Part shown: positions 25,487-39,559 of the stretch, piece by piece
How positions within the stretch are numbered: position 1 is the first letter of the stretch
How the letters are laid out: each line of letters starts with the position of its first letter
NCBI RefSeq assembly: GCF_963921235.1
Contig: NC_086107.1
Coordinates: 99,574,001 to 99,638,000 of the forward strand
Source: Mobula hypostoma
Taxonomy: Eukaryota
DNA length: 64,000 bases
Reading direction: 5' to 3'
The notes under the pieces: model-generated
What the model was told of the DNA's origin: nothing
Databases searched by the model: none
What the model saw: the letters and a program-made list of their open reading frames with translations, nothing else
Position numbers and translations under genes: made by a program

Positions 25487-27454
25487 TAAAAATAAATAAT
25501 GGTCAGGTGATGTTCATGAATCATTCAGAAACCTGATGGCGGAGTGGGGGAAGAAGCTGACACTGAATTGTTGAGCATGGGTCTTCAGGCTCCTGATGGT
25601 ACTAACAAGTAGAGGGCATGCCCCAGGTGGCAAGAGTCCTTAGTGTTGGGTGCCATCTTTTTGAGGCACCATCTCTTGAAGTGTCCTCGTTGATGGGGAA
25701 GATTGGCTAAGTCTGTAACCCTCTGCAGCCTCTTGCAATCCTGTGATGTGGAGCCTCCATACCAGACTGTGATAGTCCTGTGTTTCATAAAGTTTGCCCA
25801 TATTCATCTAGACTCCAAAGAATACAAATCAAAGTTTTAGTCATTCATTATAAGAGAACCCTCTCAGCCCAAGAACTGTGCTTCCTCCAATGCTAGTGTA
25901 ACCTTTCTTAAATAATGAGAACAAAATTGTATGCAGTAGTCTAGATGTGGCCTCACCAGCACTTACAGTTGTAATAATACTTAAGCTTCAGCTCCCTTCA
26001 GTAAAGATAATGTACCATTTGCTTAACTACTTGTTAACTTTGTTTTTCATACCTAGAAGGCTTAGATTTTGCTATGCTAAGTCTCTATATTCTGTTGCAG
26101 AGTCCGTATAGCCTCTTCATAATGGCCCCTGAACTTGAGTACATTGCAACTGATCCCTCCTCCGTTAATGTAGATGGTAAATAATTAAGGGTCAAGAACT
26201 GGTACTTGTTACAAGATCTTTGTAATATTCCACTAGTCCTTCCAACTCTACACAATAACTGATGAATCCATGTCACCACATCAATACTCTGAATTCTTAT
26301 GTTGTGGCTCAGCCTTCAGTGAAGTACATTATCAAATTTCTTGTGAAAATTGAAATACATTACATCTGCAGATCTTATCAACTCTGCTGGCCATGGTCTT
26401 GATCAAAAGCAAATTCATAAATATTTTTCTTTTATAAAACCACGTTTAATTGGTTTGATTGCATTTAGCTTCTCTAAATGAATAGATATTTCTCCCTCAA
26501 TTAGTCTCTAGCACTTGATCAACAGTAGCTGTCAAATTCCTTGGTTTTTGTCTCCCTCTATCCTTGAATGAGCAAATTACATTTTGCAATTGTGTTACAT
26601 TCCCAAACCAAAGTGAATTTTGAAAAGCTTCAACCAGTGACTCTATCTGTAGTCCCTTTTCTGTTAAGGTTCTTGGATCAGGTCTTTGCAACTTGTCTGT
26701 CTGTTCCATTAGCAATAGGATGTTGTTTCTTCCATGCTATTTCAAGCTCGCCCACCTATTATTTTTGGACTATTTGCAATTTCTTCTACTTGAAAACTGA
26801 TTTAAATGATCTCCCATTTCCTTGTTACCTATCATTAATTCCACAGTCTCACCCACTTGCCTGATTTTCCTTCCTGTATCCTTAAAAGCTCTTTCTACTT
26901 GTTTTGGATATTACTGCCACCTTTATCTGATACTATTTTTTTTTACTGATTTTATTAGTACTAACGGCTTTTTAGTCTCCCACTGCTAGTTCTTGGAAGA
27001 ATTCATAATCTTCTGGCTTTCCACCAGCTTAGCTACTTTGTATGCTTTTAATTTAATATCTGTGATTGAATATTTTTCTTAACTTGCATTGTTACCCACA
27101 GTGGTTCATCTTTCTTATTGAGTCACTTTTTTTCTAATTGGGATAATTTTTTCTGGGGGTATGCTGCTTGAAAATCTGTCACTGCTCATCTACTGACTCT
27201 TAGCTTATTTACACAGTCCACTCAGGCATCTTGTCCCTCATACCTTCAGTTTTATTTAAGTTCAGGATACTGTTTATGGTTCCATGTAGTTTGCCCTTAG
27301 ACTGTATCTTCAATTCCCTGGAGAGCTCTGGTGTTACTGCATTTTAATACTGAATATCAGGGATGAGGGTAGACAGTTTACATCTATACTTGGCAATAAA
27401 GAGTTGAGATCAATGGGGAACAGATCATACGTTATATATTGTGTCTATATTTGA

Positions 27455-27668
27455 CCAGTCAGGGTTGTTGGCCCTGAGCTGAACCCCCCGAACCTGGAGG
27501 ACTGGTGGACCACTCTTAGTCTGACCTCTACCCTTTGAACTGTTTGGCATGGGTGACCTTACCAAGAATCAAAGCATAAGGCCCTGACTCCAGCCAATGT
27601 AACTCTCTGGGTCATTGAGGCACGCAAGTCTCCAACCCTATGACAAGGTTGTGGTCCTCTTGGAGTCG
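27455..27668 (-). mobile_element. Probable RTE-related 5' UTR-like fragment
   Basis: On - it reads ACCTTGTC...GCGTGCCTCAATGACCC...CCCATGCCAAAC...CAGACTAAGAG, resembling RTE 5' regions as I recall them; no ORF. Confidence 0.45.
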
Positions 27669-27721
27669 TAGAGAGATGGATGACTGATAAATAATTGTAG
27701 AAAACAAAATTATTTCTACAG

Positions 27722-27928
27722 ATCAAGATCAAGGGAGCGTCGTCGACATAGATCCAGGTCTGCATCCCATGACCGACGCAAACGTTCCCGCTCCAGATCT
27801 CGGGATCGGCGTCGTCGACGCAGGTCTCGTTCTAGAAGTAGAAGCAGAAGCCGTAGTCACCACCGCAGCAGACATAGCTCCAAGGACAGAGAGAGAGATC
27901 GGAGTAGAGAAAAAAGCTCTAAAAGGAA
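27722..27928 (+). CDS. LUC7L2: LUC7L2 RS-domain exon (207 nt)
   Basis: ttctacAG acceptor, GTAAGT donor, phase 2/2; encodes SRSRERRRHRSRSASHDRRKRSRSRSRD...SKR. Confidence 0.93.
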
Positions 27929-28904
27929 GTAAGTTTGTGCTTCGCTATTGCATTGTCCGTATGACTGACATATATCAGCATAACACTCTTGTTCAGACTT
28001 GTGATATAAGGTGGAAGCAGTCCCACTGGTCCCACTCCCCTCTCACTACCCTGTACCACTACAAGTTGTTTTCTCCCACATGCCCAATAACTGCACTTTG
28101 ATTATTTTGTCACTGTCACACTACAGGACAACTCACAATAGCCAACTGAAGTACCAGTACATCTTTGGGAAAGGAAAGAAACACGAACATTTAGAACCCC
28201 CTTTGATCATGGGAGAATATGCAAACTACACAGACTGGTCTTTAGAGCTGTGAGGCAGCACCATGAAATATGTGGTTGCAATTAAATATCCAGAGCTGAA
28301 ACTTTTTTTGCTCTTCATTAAAATAGCACTTTAACCATGGTAATGTCAATTCTGCAAAAATATAGTCTCATTTAAAAGACCTTTGGTTTGACCAGCCTTC
28401 CTTCAAAACTATTTCTAATTACTTCTTTGTAACTTGTAGGACTGCGTAGGTAATTCAAGTATTAATCTACATAGAAGAATTAAAATTTCTCATAACTTCA
28501 TGTTGTTACATATTTCTTAGAGATTTTTTTTCATTCCTCCTGATACTTGTTTTCTGAAATGGATTGCTCTCATGTTTAGTTTTCTGGCAATCACTGCTGG
28601 TACTATTATTCAGGTGCTCAGTTAGGTTGCCTCTTTATTTTCCTTTACTGCTTAATGAGACTGCACAATCTACATGATACATGGCTTCATTTGCCAAGGC
28701 ACAGAATATGAGCGTAGGAAGGTCTTAATACAACTGTATAATACATTGATGTTTTGGTTGCTACACTGTAGGAAAGATGTGACAGCATTGCAGAGGGTGC
28801 AGTAACGATTCATCAGTATATTGCTTGGGTTGAGAAACTAGGCTGAGTTTTCTTTGGAGCAGGGAAGATTGAGTTGGATTCCAGAATGCACTGTCCAAAT
28901 GTCC

Positions 28905-29255
28905 ATTTGTTCATGATGTGCTGTAATGTATAATGTGGGCAGTCACAGTCTTTTCATGACCATGATCGTTCTTGGCAGATTCTTCTGCAGGAATAGTTTG
29001 CTATTGCTTTCTTCTAGGCAGTGACTTTACAAGACGGGTGACCTTAGCCATTATCAAAACTCCTCAGAAATTGGCATCAGTGGCTACATAACCAGGAGTT
29101 GTAATATGCATCAAATGTTCATACGACCATCCACCACCTGCTCCCATGGCTTCACTTGACCCTGATCGGGGAGCTAAGCAGGTGCTACACCTTGCCCCGG
29201 CTAGCAGAGGGAACGAGTGTCTTACACTTCCTTTGGTAGAGATGCATCTCCACCC
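28905..29255 (-). mobile_element. Probable RTE-related non-autonomous repeat inside a CR1 remnant
   Basis: Non-coding block interrupting CR1-like sequence (~28690-28900 and ~29255-29400); family assignment is from recalled similarity only. Confidence 0.4.
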
Positions 29256-29921
29256 CACTACTGTCCAAATGGTAGAAGCAATTACTGTTAAGTATCTAAA
29301 TGAGCTCGAATTGCCAAGGCATAGAAGACTATGCACCAAGTGCTGGTAAATGGCATTACTGTAGCTAGTGGTCACAGTGGGCTAGAGGATCTGTTTGTGG
29401 AACACCTTAGCTGCTGGTTGCATGCAACTTCCCCCATTCCCCCACACTGACCTGTATCTCCCTGAAAATTGATGGTAACGAATATAAATGACATGCTTGT
29501 GTTTATCAGTTATAGTAGAGGAAGTTCATCAGGATGCTGCCTAGTTTAGGAAATATTAGCTATAAGGAATGATTGGGAGGAGTTGGATTATTTTCTCTGG
29601 AGCATTAGAGGCTGAGGGGAGACTGAATGGGTTTATAAATCTGTGATGCATAGATAGGGTAGATATTCAGTCTCTTTCCTGTGGTAGAAATGTCAACTAC
29701 ATGTGGGGAAAGGGTACAGGTATCTCTTTCTCTCAACTTTCCTGTCGGTTTCCCAATTGTTAGTTCTTCTTATCAGATCACTTTCATATTAAAGTATTGT
29801 TAAAATCTTGAAGCTCTGTATTTCAAGATGGGAGATTCTTCTATTTAATTTTTACTGGTAAAGTGAACTTGTATAATTATTTGTGTAATACACCTTGTCT
29901 AAAATTATCTGATTTTTCTAG

Positions 29922-30063
29922 GTCTAGAGATCGAGACAGATCCAGGGATCGAGACAGGGATAAATCAAGGGAGAAAGATCGTAAGGATAAAAGGCGTTCT
30001 TATGAAAGTGCAAATGGCAAATCAGAACACAGCTCTGAGGAGCGTGAAGCAGGAGAAATCTAA
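29922..30063 (+). CDS. LUC7L2: LUC7L2 last coding exon (SRDRDRSRD...RSYESANGKSEHSSEEREAGEI*)
   Basis: tttttctAG acceptor; C-terminus RSYESANG...SEEREAGEI is characteristic of LUC7L2; TAA at 30061-30063. Confidence 0.95.
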
Positions 30064-32010
30064 AGGACAAATTTTTTTTGGAATCAGGGCAGTGGATGTC
30101 TTATTGTTTAACTTGACTAGGGGAGCTCTTGTTTTGGTTTTGGACTTAGAGAAAAAAAATTCCAGCGTTTAGGTGACCGATAACTTAAATATTAGATAGT
30201 TGAAGATGTTGACATTTTTGTCAGTTTAACCAGCTGATTTTGAAGGCAGCAGCTGGAGGTGCCTAGAATGTACTATGTGTGCATGCACTAGTGCTGTTAT
30301 GCCACTGACATTAGGGTTCCTCCTTTCATTTGCACAAGGGTGCTATTTTACTTTGAATATTGAGTTATTTGTTAGGTTGCATTTTTTTTTTAAATGTGGA
30401 ATCTCAAATCCATAAAAAATTTTATTAGAAGCAGAGTAAGAGTGGATCTGGTCCTTTGGGACAGTAACTGTTGTTACTATAGACTGTATTGGCTTCTCCA
30501 CCCACCCCTCCCAGCTCCATCATCCCATACAAGTAATGGTACATGCTGTTTTCAGTAAAACTGCAACAGTCATCTTTTTCAGTCTAAGTATATTTGACTA
30601 GCATCTTTTTGCTGGTGATTGAGAACCTACTGGATCTTTTTCCCACCAGTAGGAAAAGTTACTTGTCTTGCATCCAAAGAAACTCCTTTTTCCTACACAC
30701 CATTTCCCTCAAAGTTAACACTTTATTCATGTTTAATTTTGCTTTGAACAAACCTAGATTTTTTTCTCATTCTGTTACATCCATAGATACTTCTACGATT
30801 TGAGTACTTTTTTTTTCTCTTAATTAACCTGAAAGGTGGAACAATGCACTGCCTGTTTCTTACAAAACTTATCAGTTGGGATTTATCAGGAAAAATGCAA
30901 CTGCTACAAATAAAGCTGAGTATTTCATCTCTTGATTTCTAATCCCATCTCCACACAAAATCTATTTTAAAAATCTGTAACTTAGGAGCATGTTTCTCTT
31001 TAAGTGCCCTATAAGGTGTGGAAATGCACTGAAGCTATTTTTTTTGGCAGTGGGTGGAGAGGAAAGCTCTAAATTTCTGAGTTTGTAATTTTTCCTTATA
31101 TGTACTTTTTAATATAATTAAGAAGTGTTGGTTTTATTCTTGCAGTTGCAGTAGAAGTTCAGGAAGGAATGGTCCAATATTGGAGTTGATAAGTTATGTG
31201 ATTTCAGTAGCTTTTCAGGATTCTGCATGCTAAATACATGCTAAAATTCCCCCAAGAAGACCTTTCTGGCTTTGTGTGCATGTAATTCTCATTAACCTTA
31301 GCATGTCTTCACAATACTTCTGGAACACAATGAACATAACTAATTTTGGATTGTTACTTGTGAACTTTTTGAGTGAAATCATGCCCATAAAATAGTTTTT
31401 AGTGTTTATTATTCACAAAAAGAGATTGTGTACTCAACACAGGATTTTCCAGCCATTAAAATGATACAAAATACTTAGTTGGATTTGAGGGAACCCTTTG
31501 TGTTTTCCACACACTTGTGGCATAAATGGCACACTCCATGCAGTTCAGGGTGTTGTCTCCAGTGGGCACTGGGGTGTCAAGAGTCCTACAATATACCAAT
31601 GTATTCCATGATGGCTATTTTGCTTGTTTTGTTGGTCATTTGTGGTTATCCCACAATTGATGTGTTTTGTTTTAAAGAGGTGGTCTGGTTTAACTTAAAC
31701 CAACTTCTGTGCTATAAGAATAACTCAGTGTAATGTTCGTTGCTATCCACAGTGGCACTGTATTTCTGCACCAGATACTTCAGTTGCTGGATGCCACTGC
31801 TGCCCCTGCCCTCCCCCTCTCCACCCTTCCACCCCTACCAACATTCATTTCATTCTCCATGGTCATTTGATCAGTCAGATTCCTGAGTTTGAGACGAAAA
31901 TAACAAGGTTTTATTTTATTCCCCTGTATCTTTTTTCCCTCATGACTTGTCTATACTTGTATTGTTAATTGAAAACAATTGAAATAAATTTTTTCAAAAC
32001 CATTTAATAA
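30064..32010 (+). other. LUC7L2: Probable LUC7L2 3' UTR (~1.95 kb)
   Basis: U-rich stretch with no recognisable repeats, running from the stop codon to AATAAA at 31983-31988. Confidence 0.65.
31983..31988 (+). terminator. Candidate polyadenylation signal of LUC7L2
   Basis: AATAAA with upstream TGTA motifs and a downstream U/GU-rich tract (32030-32050). Confidence 0.6.
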
Positions 32011-33276
32011 GATTTATAAACAATTTAAGTTTTTTTTCTGTATTGTATGAAATTGTCATGAATACTTGTTTGCTACTTTGCAATTAAAATGAAACAATAT
32101 TACGTCTTCCTTTGCTTGCTTGGCAAGTCTGTTGGAACATGTCGCGGTGTGTGCCGTGTTCCCATACCTTGCAGAGTCAGGAGTGCCTCTGCCTCTGCGT
32201 TGGTGATGTTTTAGTGTGAAGGTGAACTTGAAATGGTTCACTTATTATGTTGTGATCAATGTAAACTACATTTAAATTAAAATGATGAGGAATGATCTCT
32301 TAGGACTCAACAGTAGATGAGTCAGTAGATTTGTACTAATTTAGTTTGGGTCCGATTTTGATAATTTTGTTCTGGAAATGATCAAGCCAAATTTTATTAC
32401 AAACTGAAATAATTTGGAATCTGTATCCAGCAGGCAAGTAAATGCATATTCAATACAGTACATTTTGGTTGAACTTTCCAGTTATATTGTTAGTGAAAAA
32501 CAGTCTGGGTCATTGGAGAAAATATAACACTACATATGCTTGATTTATACCAACCCTGTTCGCTTATTCTCTTATAGTTAATTACTAATACTTTTCTATC
32601 TCTAGTATGTTAAGGGTTAAATATTTGGCCAGGCTTGGTTCCAACTGTCGCTCATATTCTACATCCAAGGTTCCTTATCTTCCTTGTTAATTGTTGGTCT
32701 CCAGATTTGTAGCTGACAAGGTAATCAATGTTTCTTTTTATGTTCTGGTGCTAGCATTTCAGAATATTTGAGATCCTCAAAACCCTGAGCCATTGAGCCA
32801 TTGAGACATAGGGGAGCATGGAACTGATTGCGCATGACAGTTTTCCCATGTTGGGTCTCACGACCAAGTTTTCCTGACAAGTTTACCTCACTGTTTTAAT
32901 CTAAGCCTCTAGTTATCCCTTATCATCATAATACCATACTAAATACCATAGTAACAACAACTTCTATTGCCCGGTGCTGAAGCCTTGGATGCCATGGGAG
33001 ATGTTTCGGGATGGACTTCATTATCACAAGATGGCTGCTGTCTTACTGTACTCACTTTACTACGTCTCCTTGAGTTTGGGTACCTTCAAAGCTAGGCAAC
33101 TCGAGAAACAATAATGAATGTTAGATGAAGCTACTTTGCAAGTCTGCTTTGCTTCATGAAGGTCTCCTTGTATTAAATTACACAGTTTAATTGCAGCAGA
33201 TGGCTTCTCAAAACAATTTGTGATTCATAATTCTGTGATCAACGCTGGAGAACACACTTCCAATGACATTATCAAC

Positions 33277-33725
33277 ACAGAAACATAAAAAACCTACAGC
33301 ACAATACAGCTGTGCCGAACGTGTACTTGCTTTAGAAATTACCTGGGGTTACCCATATAGCCCTCTGTTTTTCTAAGCTCCATGTACCTATCCAGGAGTC
33401 TCTTAAAAGACCCTATCGTATCTGCCTCCACCACCATCACCAGCAGCCCATTCCATGCATTCACCACTGTGTTTTTAAAAAATATTTAACCCTGACATCT
33501 CCTCTGTCCCTACTTCCAAGCACCTTAAAACTGTGCCCTCTCATGTTAGCCATTTCATCTCTGGGGAAAAGCCTCTGACTATCAACACAATCAATGCCTC
33601 TCATCATCTTATACACCTCTATCAGGTCACCTCTCACCCTCCTCTGCTCCAAGGAGAAAAGGCCGAGTTCACTCAACCTGTTATCATAAGGCAAGCTCCC
33701 TGATCCAGGCAACATCTTTGTAAAT
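33277..33725 (-). mobile_element. CR1-type LINE 3' end
   Basis: ORF 33461-33715: LGLFSLEQRRVRGDLIEVYK...RGHSFKV. Confidence 0.85.
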
Positions 33726-34939
33726 TAATGTTAGAGACGGGCGACATATCACTGACATGTCATGAAATTTGCTTTGCAGCAGCAGTACAGTGCAAAACAT
33801 AAAAATTATAAATTATAAGTTAGAAAATAATTAGTGCAAATGACAAGTACCAATATTATTATCTTTTAAGTATTCTTAGAAAACTTCACAAGCCATTAAC
33901 TGCATAGCTCCTTCAAGCTGAAAAACAATGAGTCTTCTAAGATTGTAAGTCACTTTCATATTGTTCTGATTTCCCCACAGGAATATGTTGCTTATGTAAA
34001 ATTGGCTCCTTTTCCCACCATGGGTTGTAGAGGTTTAGTTGTCAAGTACATGATACAGTCATAGTCTTGCTATGTTAATGATAAATTTTCTGCTTGATGC
34101 TCTAAACTGACAAAACATTGTTAACCTATGCGTATTTATGCAGGCGCTGCTGCTATTTAGGCCACTATCTTAACTTGAACTATTGTTACTGCAACAACAT
34201 GTGTACTTCCTCTCCATGGATGCTGTTTTCCAGGTGACTGCAGAGTGCACCTATTATGAAATCAGTGCTGTGCATCTGTGATGCTGTGGTCTGCATAAAT
34301 TGATGTCTTTATTCTGGATCAAAGGGCATTTGATTATTGGTTGAAAACATTTTGAGTGTTTGAACTGGGCAACAAGGAATAGAATATTGACTGAAGCAAA
34401 TTCAGACAGTAACATCAGCATCCTGGTTACTGAGGCAGTATGTCTTGTACACCAATGGTACCCCGGGTGTCACTTTATATTACCTGAGGTGGAACTGGGA
34501 AGAAGTTGCCAGAAAAGACACCAAAGACCTCCAATCAATTCCAGCAGAATTCCACTCCCTTATTTGTTTGGTTAAAGTTAATAATTTGACCTCTTTTAAA
34601 AGCCCAGCAAACATGGGTAACGTTGCATTACTCCCCTTCACTCACACAGTTGGCTAGTTGGTAGTCACACAGCCAGCTAGTTAAGTACAGCAGTCACATT
34701 TTATAATGCAATCATACACTTAGTGCATCCTCACCAATGTGGTACTCTCAATTCATCCATATAGCTGACACAGTGTCTCAGGACTATGAAAATCTTCATG
34801 AAGAGTTATGACTTGAAGCATCAGCAGTTCCTTTCCTCCCACATATGTTGCCTAACTCACTGAGTTCCCTTAAGCAGATTGTTCATCCTAACAGCTATTT
34901 CATTATGGCAGCCATTTTCTATCAACACATTGATATTAT

Positions 34940-35120
34940 AAACAGAAAATCTGCAGATGCTGGAAATCCAAAGCAACACACACAAAAAGCTGGAGGAACT
35001 CAGCAGGCTGGGCAGCATCTATGGAAAAGATGAAGGGTCTCAGCCTGAAACATTGATGGTTTACTCTTTTCCATAGATGCTGCCTGGCCTGCTGAGTTCC
35101 TCCAGCACTTTATGTGTTTT
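34940..35120 (-). mobile_element. Miniature Penelope-like inverted-repeat insertion (181 bp)
   Basis: 13-bp TSD ACATTGATATTAT (34927-34939 and 35121-35133); inverted arms; tail on the left only; partial hammerhead core (GATGAAGGGTCTCAGCCTGAAAC). Confidence 0.85.
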
Positions 35121-35199
35121 ACATTGATATTATTCTCCCCTAACCTTTGACATCCTTACTAATCAAGAACCAGTCAATGTCCACTTTAAATATACTTGA

Positions 35200-36235
35200 T
35201 GAATGGGCAAAGAAGTGTATGGTCATACACTGGTAGCAAAAATAAAGGTACAGACTTTTCAAATGAAAAAATTCAGGTGCAAAAGAGACTTGGCGCTCCT
35301 AGTGCAGAATTCTTTAATGGTTAATTTGCAGGTTGAGTCTGTAGTAAGGAAGGCATGCAATGTTAGCATTTATTTTGAGAGGACTAGAAAATAAAAGTAC
35401 GGATGTAATGCTGAGGCTGTGGAATATGGTGAGCAGTTCTGGGCACCTTATTTAAGAAAGGATGTGCTGGCATTGGAAAGAACCAGATGAGGTTCATGAG
35501 AATTATCCTGGGAATGGAAGGGTAAACTTGGAGGAGCATTTGATGACTCCACGCCTATACTCACTGGAGTTATGAAGAATGATGTATCTCATTGAGACCT
35601 ATGTAATGTTGAAAATTCTAGATAGGCTGGGCATGGAGAGAATGTTTCCTATAGTGGGGGACCTTTAGATCAGAGGGCTTAGAATACAAGGATGTCACTT
35701 TAGAAAAGAAATGAGAAGGAATTTCTTTAGATGGAGAATAGGGAATCTGGAATTCATTGCCATGGGTGGTGTGAATGCCAAGGCATTGTGTATATTTAAA
35801 GTGAAGGTTGATAGATTTTTGATAGGGTGTCAAAGGTTATGGGGAGAAGGTAGGAGAATGGGGTTGATTGGGGATAATAAATCAGCCATGATAGACCAGA
35901 TGGGCCCAATGCCATAATTCTGCTTGTATGTTTTATCTTGTTTACCAGCTTCATGCAACACCTTATCACCTTCTTAAAGTCCAAGCAAACAACATCCACT
36001 GATGCTCCTTTGTCTATCCTGCCTGTTATTTCCTCACAGAACAACAACAAATTTGTCGGGCAAGATTTCCCCTTCTGAAAACCATGCTGACTTTGGCCTA
36101 TTTTATCATGTGCCGCCAAGTATGCCCATCCTTAATAATGGAATCTAACATCTTCCCAACCATTCAAGTCAGACCAACTGACTTCATAGTTTCCTGTCTC
36201 TCCCTTCTTAAAAGAGTTGAGTGACATTTGCAACA
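35200..36235. mobile_element. Two adjacent CR1 fragments (+ ~35200-35935; - ~35940-36235)
   Basis: CR1 C-terminal peptides on + (MRRNFF...IFKVKVDRFL); RT N-terminal motifs on - (SQHGFQKGKSCPTNLL...VDVVCLDFKK). Confidence 0.75.
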
Positions 36236-37209
36236 TTGTAGATGGTTGCTTGGTCTTTAAGAGGGCTATGATGGAGTAAACTCAATGTGCCAGATGCATG
36301 GCAATGTGAAGACAGGCAGTAACATTCTTGTAGTGAAAGTACTGATGGAATAGATATCACTAAGTTTGTGCACCAGAAGTTCCCTCTGCTCCCAACAGAA
36401 GTCTATTTATAGGGTACAGACAATAATATCTCCCTCATATAACTAATTATTCACAAGGATTTAGTGAGTATGGTAGCAGTGATTTGATCTGACTCTCAGT
36501 GGATTGCAAAGCTGTGGGGACCCACCTTGAAAGAGAATCAGTGGCTACATGAAACAGCGATGTGCAACCTTTTATGGGGTGACAGCAGTTTTATTCCGAG
36601 CAATCTTTCCCAGACTGCTACTGCTCACCGCAGTATAGTTTAATACCCAAACAGGCCAGATCAACAATCACATATGTTTGCAGCTGTAGCACAGAGGACT
36701 ACAGCTACAGTAAAAAAGCACTGCATTAGAAGCAAATCATCTTTGAAAGCTATCAGAGAAGAGAAGATAAAAGGTGATTAGTCATGGCATTTCCACTGGT
36801 TTGGGGGGGGGGGATATTCCTCTACCCTTTTTAGGCCTCTTATTTTATTATCTTTTATCAGTCTTTATATTCTCTAACCCTCAACCATCAGGCTCTTGAA
36901 TCAAAGAAATGACTTCACGCACCCCAACACTCAACTGTTCCCACAACATATGACAAACGAGAAAATCTACAGATGCTGGAAATCTAAGCAACAAACACAA
37001 AATGGAACCCTTTGACAGGACTGCCAACTGAGCCCACAATATATGGACTCATTTTTCAAGGACGCTTCATCTCAAGACCTCAATATTTATTGCTTATTAA
37101 TTTTAATTATTTTTTTCATTTTGTATTTGCACAGTTTATTGTCTTGCACTGGTTGTCCACCCTGTTGGTATGGTCTTTCATTGATTCTGTTATGATTGTG
37201 GGAACATTT

Positions 37210-37690
37210 CAATGATGGGGTAAGTGAAGTTGAGTGAAGTTATCCCCTTTAGTTCAAGAGGCTGATTGTTGAGGGGTACTAACTGTTCCTGAACCTGCTG
37301 CAGTAAGTCCTGAGACTCCTGTACCTTCTTCCTAGAAGTGGCGAGAAGAGAGCATGTCTCTAGTGGAGGTGTGGGGGAGGGGGGTCCCTAATGGTGGATG
37401 CTGCTTTTCTGTGATGGTATTTCATGGAAATGTGTTCAAAGGTGAGGAGGCCTTTACCCATGATGGACTGGGCTGTATCTACTACTTTTGGTAAGATTTT
37501 CCATTCAAGGGCATTGGTGTTTCCATACTGGATTGTGATGCAGCCAGTCAATATACTCTCCACAGCACATCTGTAGAAGTCTCTCTCAGTTTTAGATGTC
37601 ATGCTGAATCTCCACAAACTCCTAAGGAAGTAGAGGTACAGCCATGCTTTCTTTGTAATTGCACTCATGCTGGGCCAGGACAGATCCTCT
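37210..37690 (-). mobile_element. Rex1/Babar LINE 3' fragment
   Basis: ORF 37360-37668: ITKKA..LYFLRSL...FYRCAVESILTGCITI.YGN. Confidence 0.8.
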
Positions 37691-38539
37691 GCACCTCTGA
37701 TCCCCTGATGTAGGCTGGCTCATGGACCTTGGGTACATGAGGTGAACTGAAAGGATAAGCAAGTTTTCTTTTCTTCCCCCATTTCTAGCAGAGTCTTCGA
37801 ATAGAAACATTTTCTGTTTCCATTTCTGTGCTTTTCCTGGCTTGAATATTGCCATTTTCTGTTTTTGTTTCAGGTATACTCAGCCTGTCTATTTTCTTCA
37901 ATCCCCACTGCTACTGAAATGAAAATTATACTCCCAGACAGATTTTCCAGTTTTGGGAATCAAAAATTGTTCACCTTTCAGTAGCTCAACAAATCCTGCT
38001 CATTATTTATGTCAAGTACAAACTTGTGTGTTGTATGCTTCTGTGCAACATCATCTGTGGCCTGTTCACTGTTTGTATTCAGCAAGGTCAGCCAAGTGCC
38101 TGTGACAACTGTTGCTACATTAATAACTTATGTCACAAGGCCTGCCTCTCCAAGTTCTTTAAATTTAGTCAGCACGCTTCAGAATAAGCTTCCCTGTCTT
38201 GGCTGGATAACCTTTGGAGCTGATTAAATGTTGGCCAGGAAAACTTTACTATCTCGTCTACTTTCTTCACAATCTGTTCGCAGTCTTTGCTTAACAGTTA
38301 CCTGCATCACAATATCAGAAGAAAGTGCCTCTAAAAATTAAGAATTGCTGTTTTCTCTGTAGGGTGTTAGTTTCCCTTGCACTGAGTTTTTGATTAGTTG
38401 GTCATAGCAAAGCCACCAAAAATCTACAAAGGGACAATATTTTCTAGTCCTTAGTTTTCTCCATACTACTACAGTTTCTCACTGGAACATGTGCAACACC
38501 CACAGTTAATTCAATATCATGTGCACTTTTGTATCAGTC

Positions 38540-39330
38540 ACTTTGGCCCAACTTGTTCACACTAATGTATTGCCCAGTGAACTAGACCCATCTGGACACA
38601 TTTGGCAATAGCCCTCTGAAACCTCTCCTATCCATGTTCTTGTCTAGATATCTTTTAAATGTTGCTAATGGGACCACTACTTCTGGCAGCTCGTTCCAAA
38701 TCCACACCATCCTTTGTGTGAAAAAGGTGCCCCTGATATCCCTTTCAAATCTCTCACCTCTGACCTTAAATTCATGCTTCTCATTTTTTATCACCCCCCC
38801 AATGAAAAAAAAACTGTGCTTGCACCCTCGATTTGCTCTTCATAATCCTATATACCTCTCTCAGGTTACCCCCAATCTCCTACATTCCAGGGACTAAAGT
38901 TCTGGTCATTGCAACCTCTCCTTGCAATTCAGGCCCTGAAGTCCAAGCATTATCCTGGTAAATCTTTTCTACATTCTTTGTCTCTCATTCTTTTTTCTAT
39001 CAGGGTGACCAAATACATACTACTCGAGATGAGGCATCACCAATCTCTTGTATAGTTGCAATATAATTTCTGGACTACTACACTCAATGCCCTGATTGAT
39101 GAAGACCACCATTTCAAATGCCTTCACTGTATCTGCTGTACCTGTGACACTGCTTTCAGCAGGCTACATGTGCACCTGCACATCCCTGTCCCGCTGTTCC
39201 CCAAAACTCAACTGGGCCCTAACATTCACTGTCCTTCCCTGGTTAACCTCCCAAAATGCAATAACTCATATTTATCTGCATTGAAAGCAATTTGCCAATC
39301 CTCAGCCCACATAGCTGATCAAGATACCCC
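38540..39330 (-). mobile_element. CR1-type LINE fragment
   Basis: ORF 38582-38794: FKVRGERFERDIRGTFFTQRMV.IWNELP. Confidence 0.8.
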
Positions 39331-39559
39331 TGTCATTTTTCATTATCTTCCACACTACACCATCACTCCTAGTATAATCTGCAAACATATTAACATTCAT
39401 ATGCAAATGTTTCTAAAAAGTACAATCCTATTGACATCCAAGTCATTATGTAAATTACAAATTCACCTTCAAATCGTCTATAATAATTTACAAACAATCC
39501 CAACCTTTTTATTGCTACTTAAAAATCCACAGTTTCAGACAACAAAAAGCTGGATTTAT

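Noticed and set aside
32282..32360. Box C-like ATGATGA suggesting a snoRNA
   Set aside because: No matching CTGA box D or terminal stem, and it lies beyond the presumed poly(A) site rather than in an intron.
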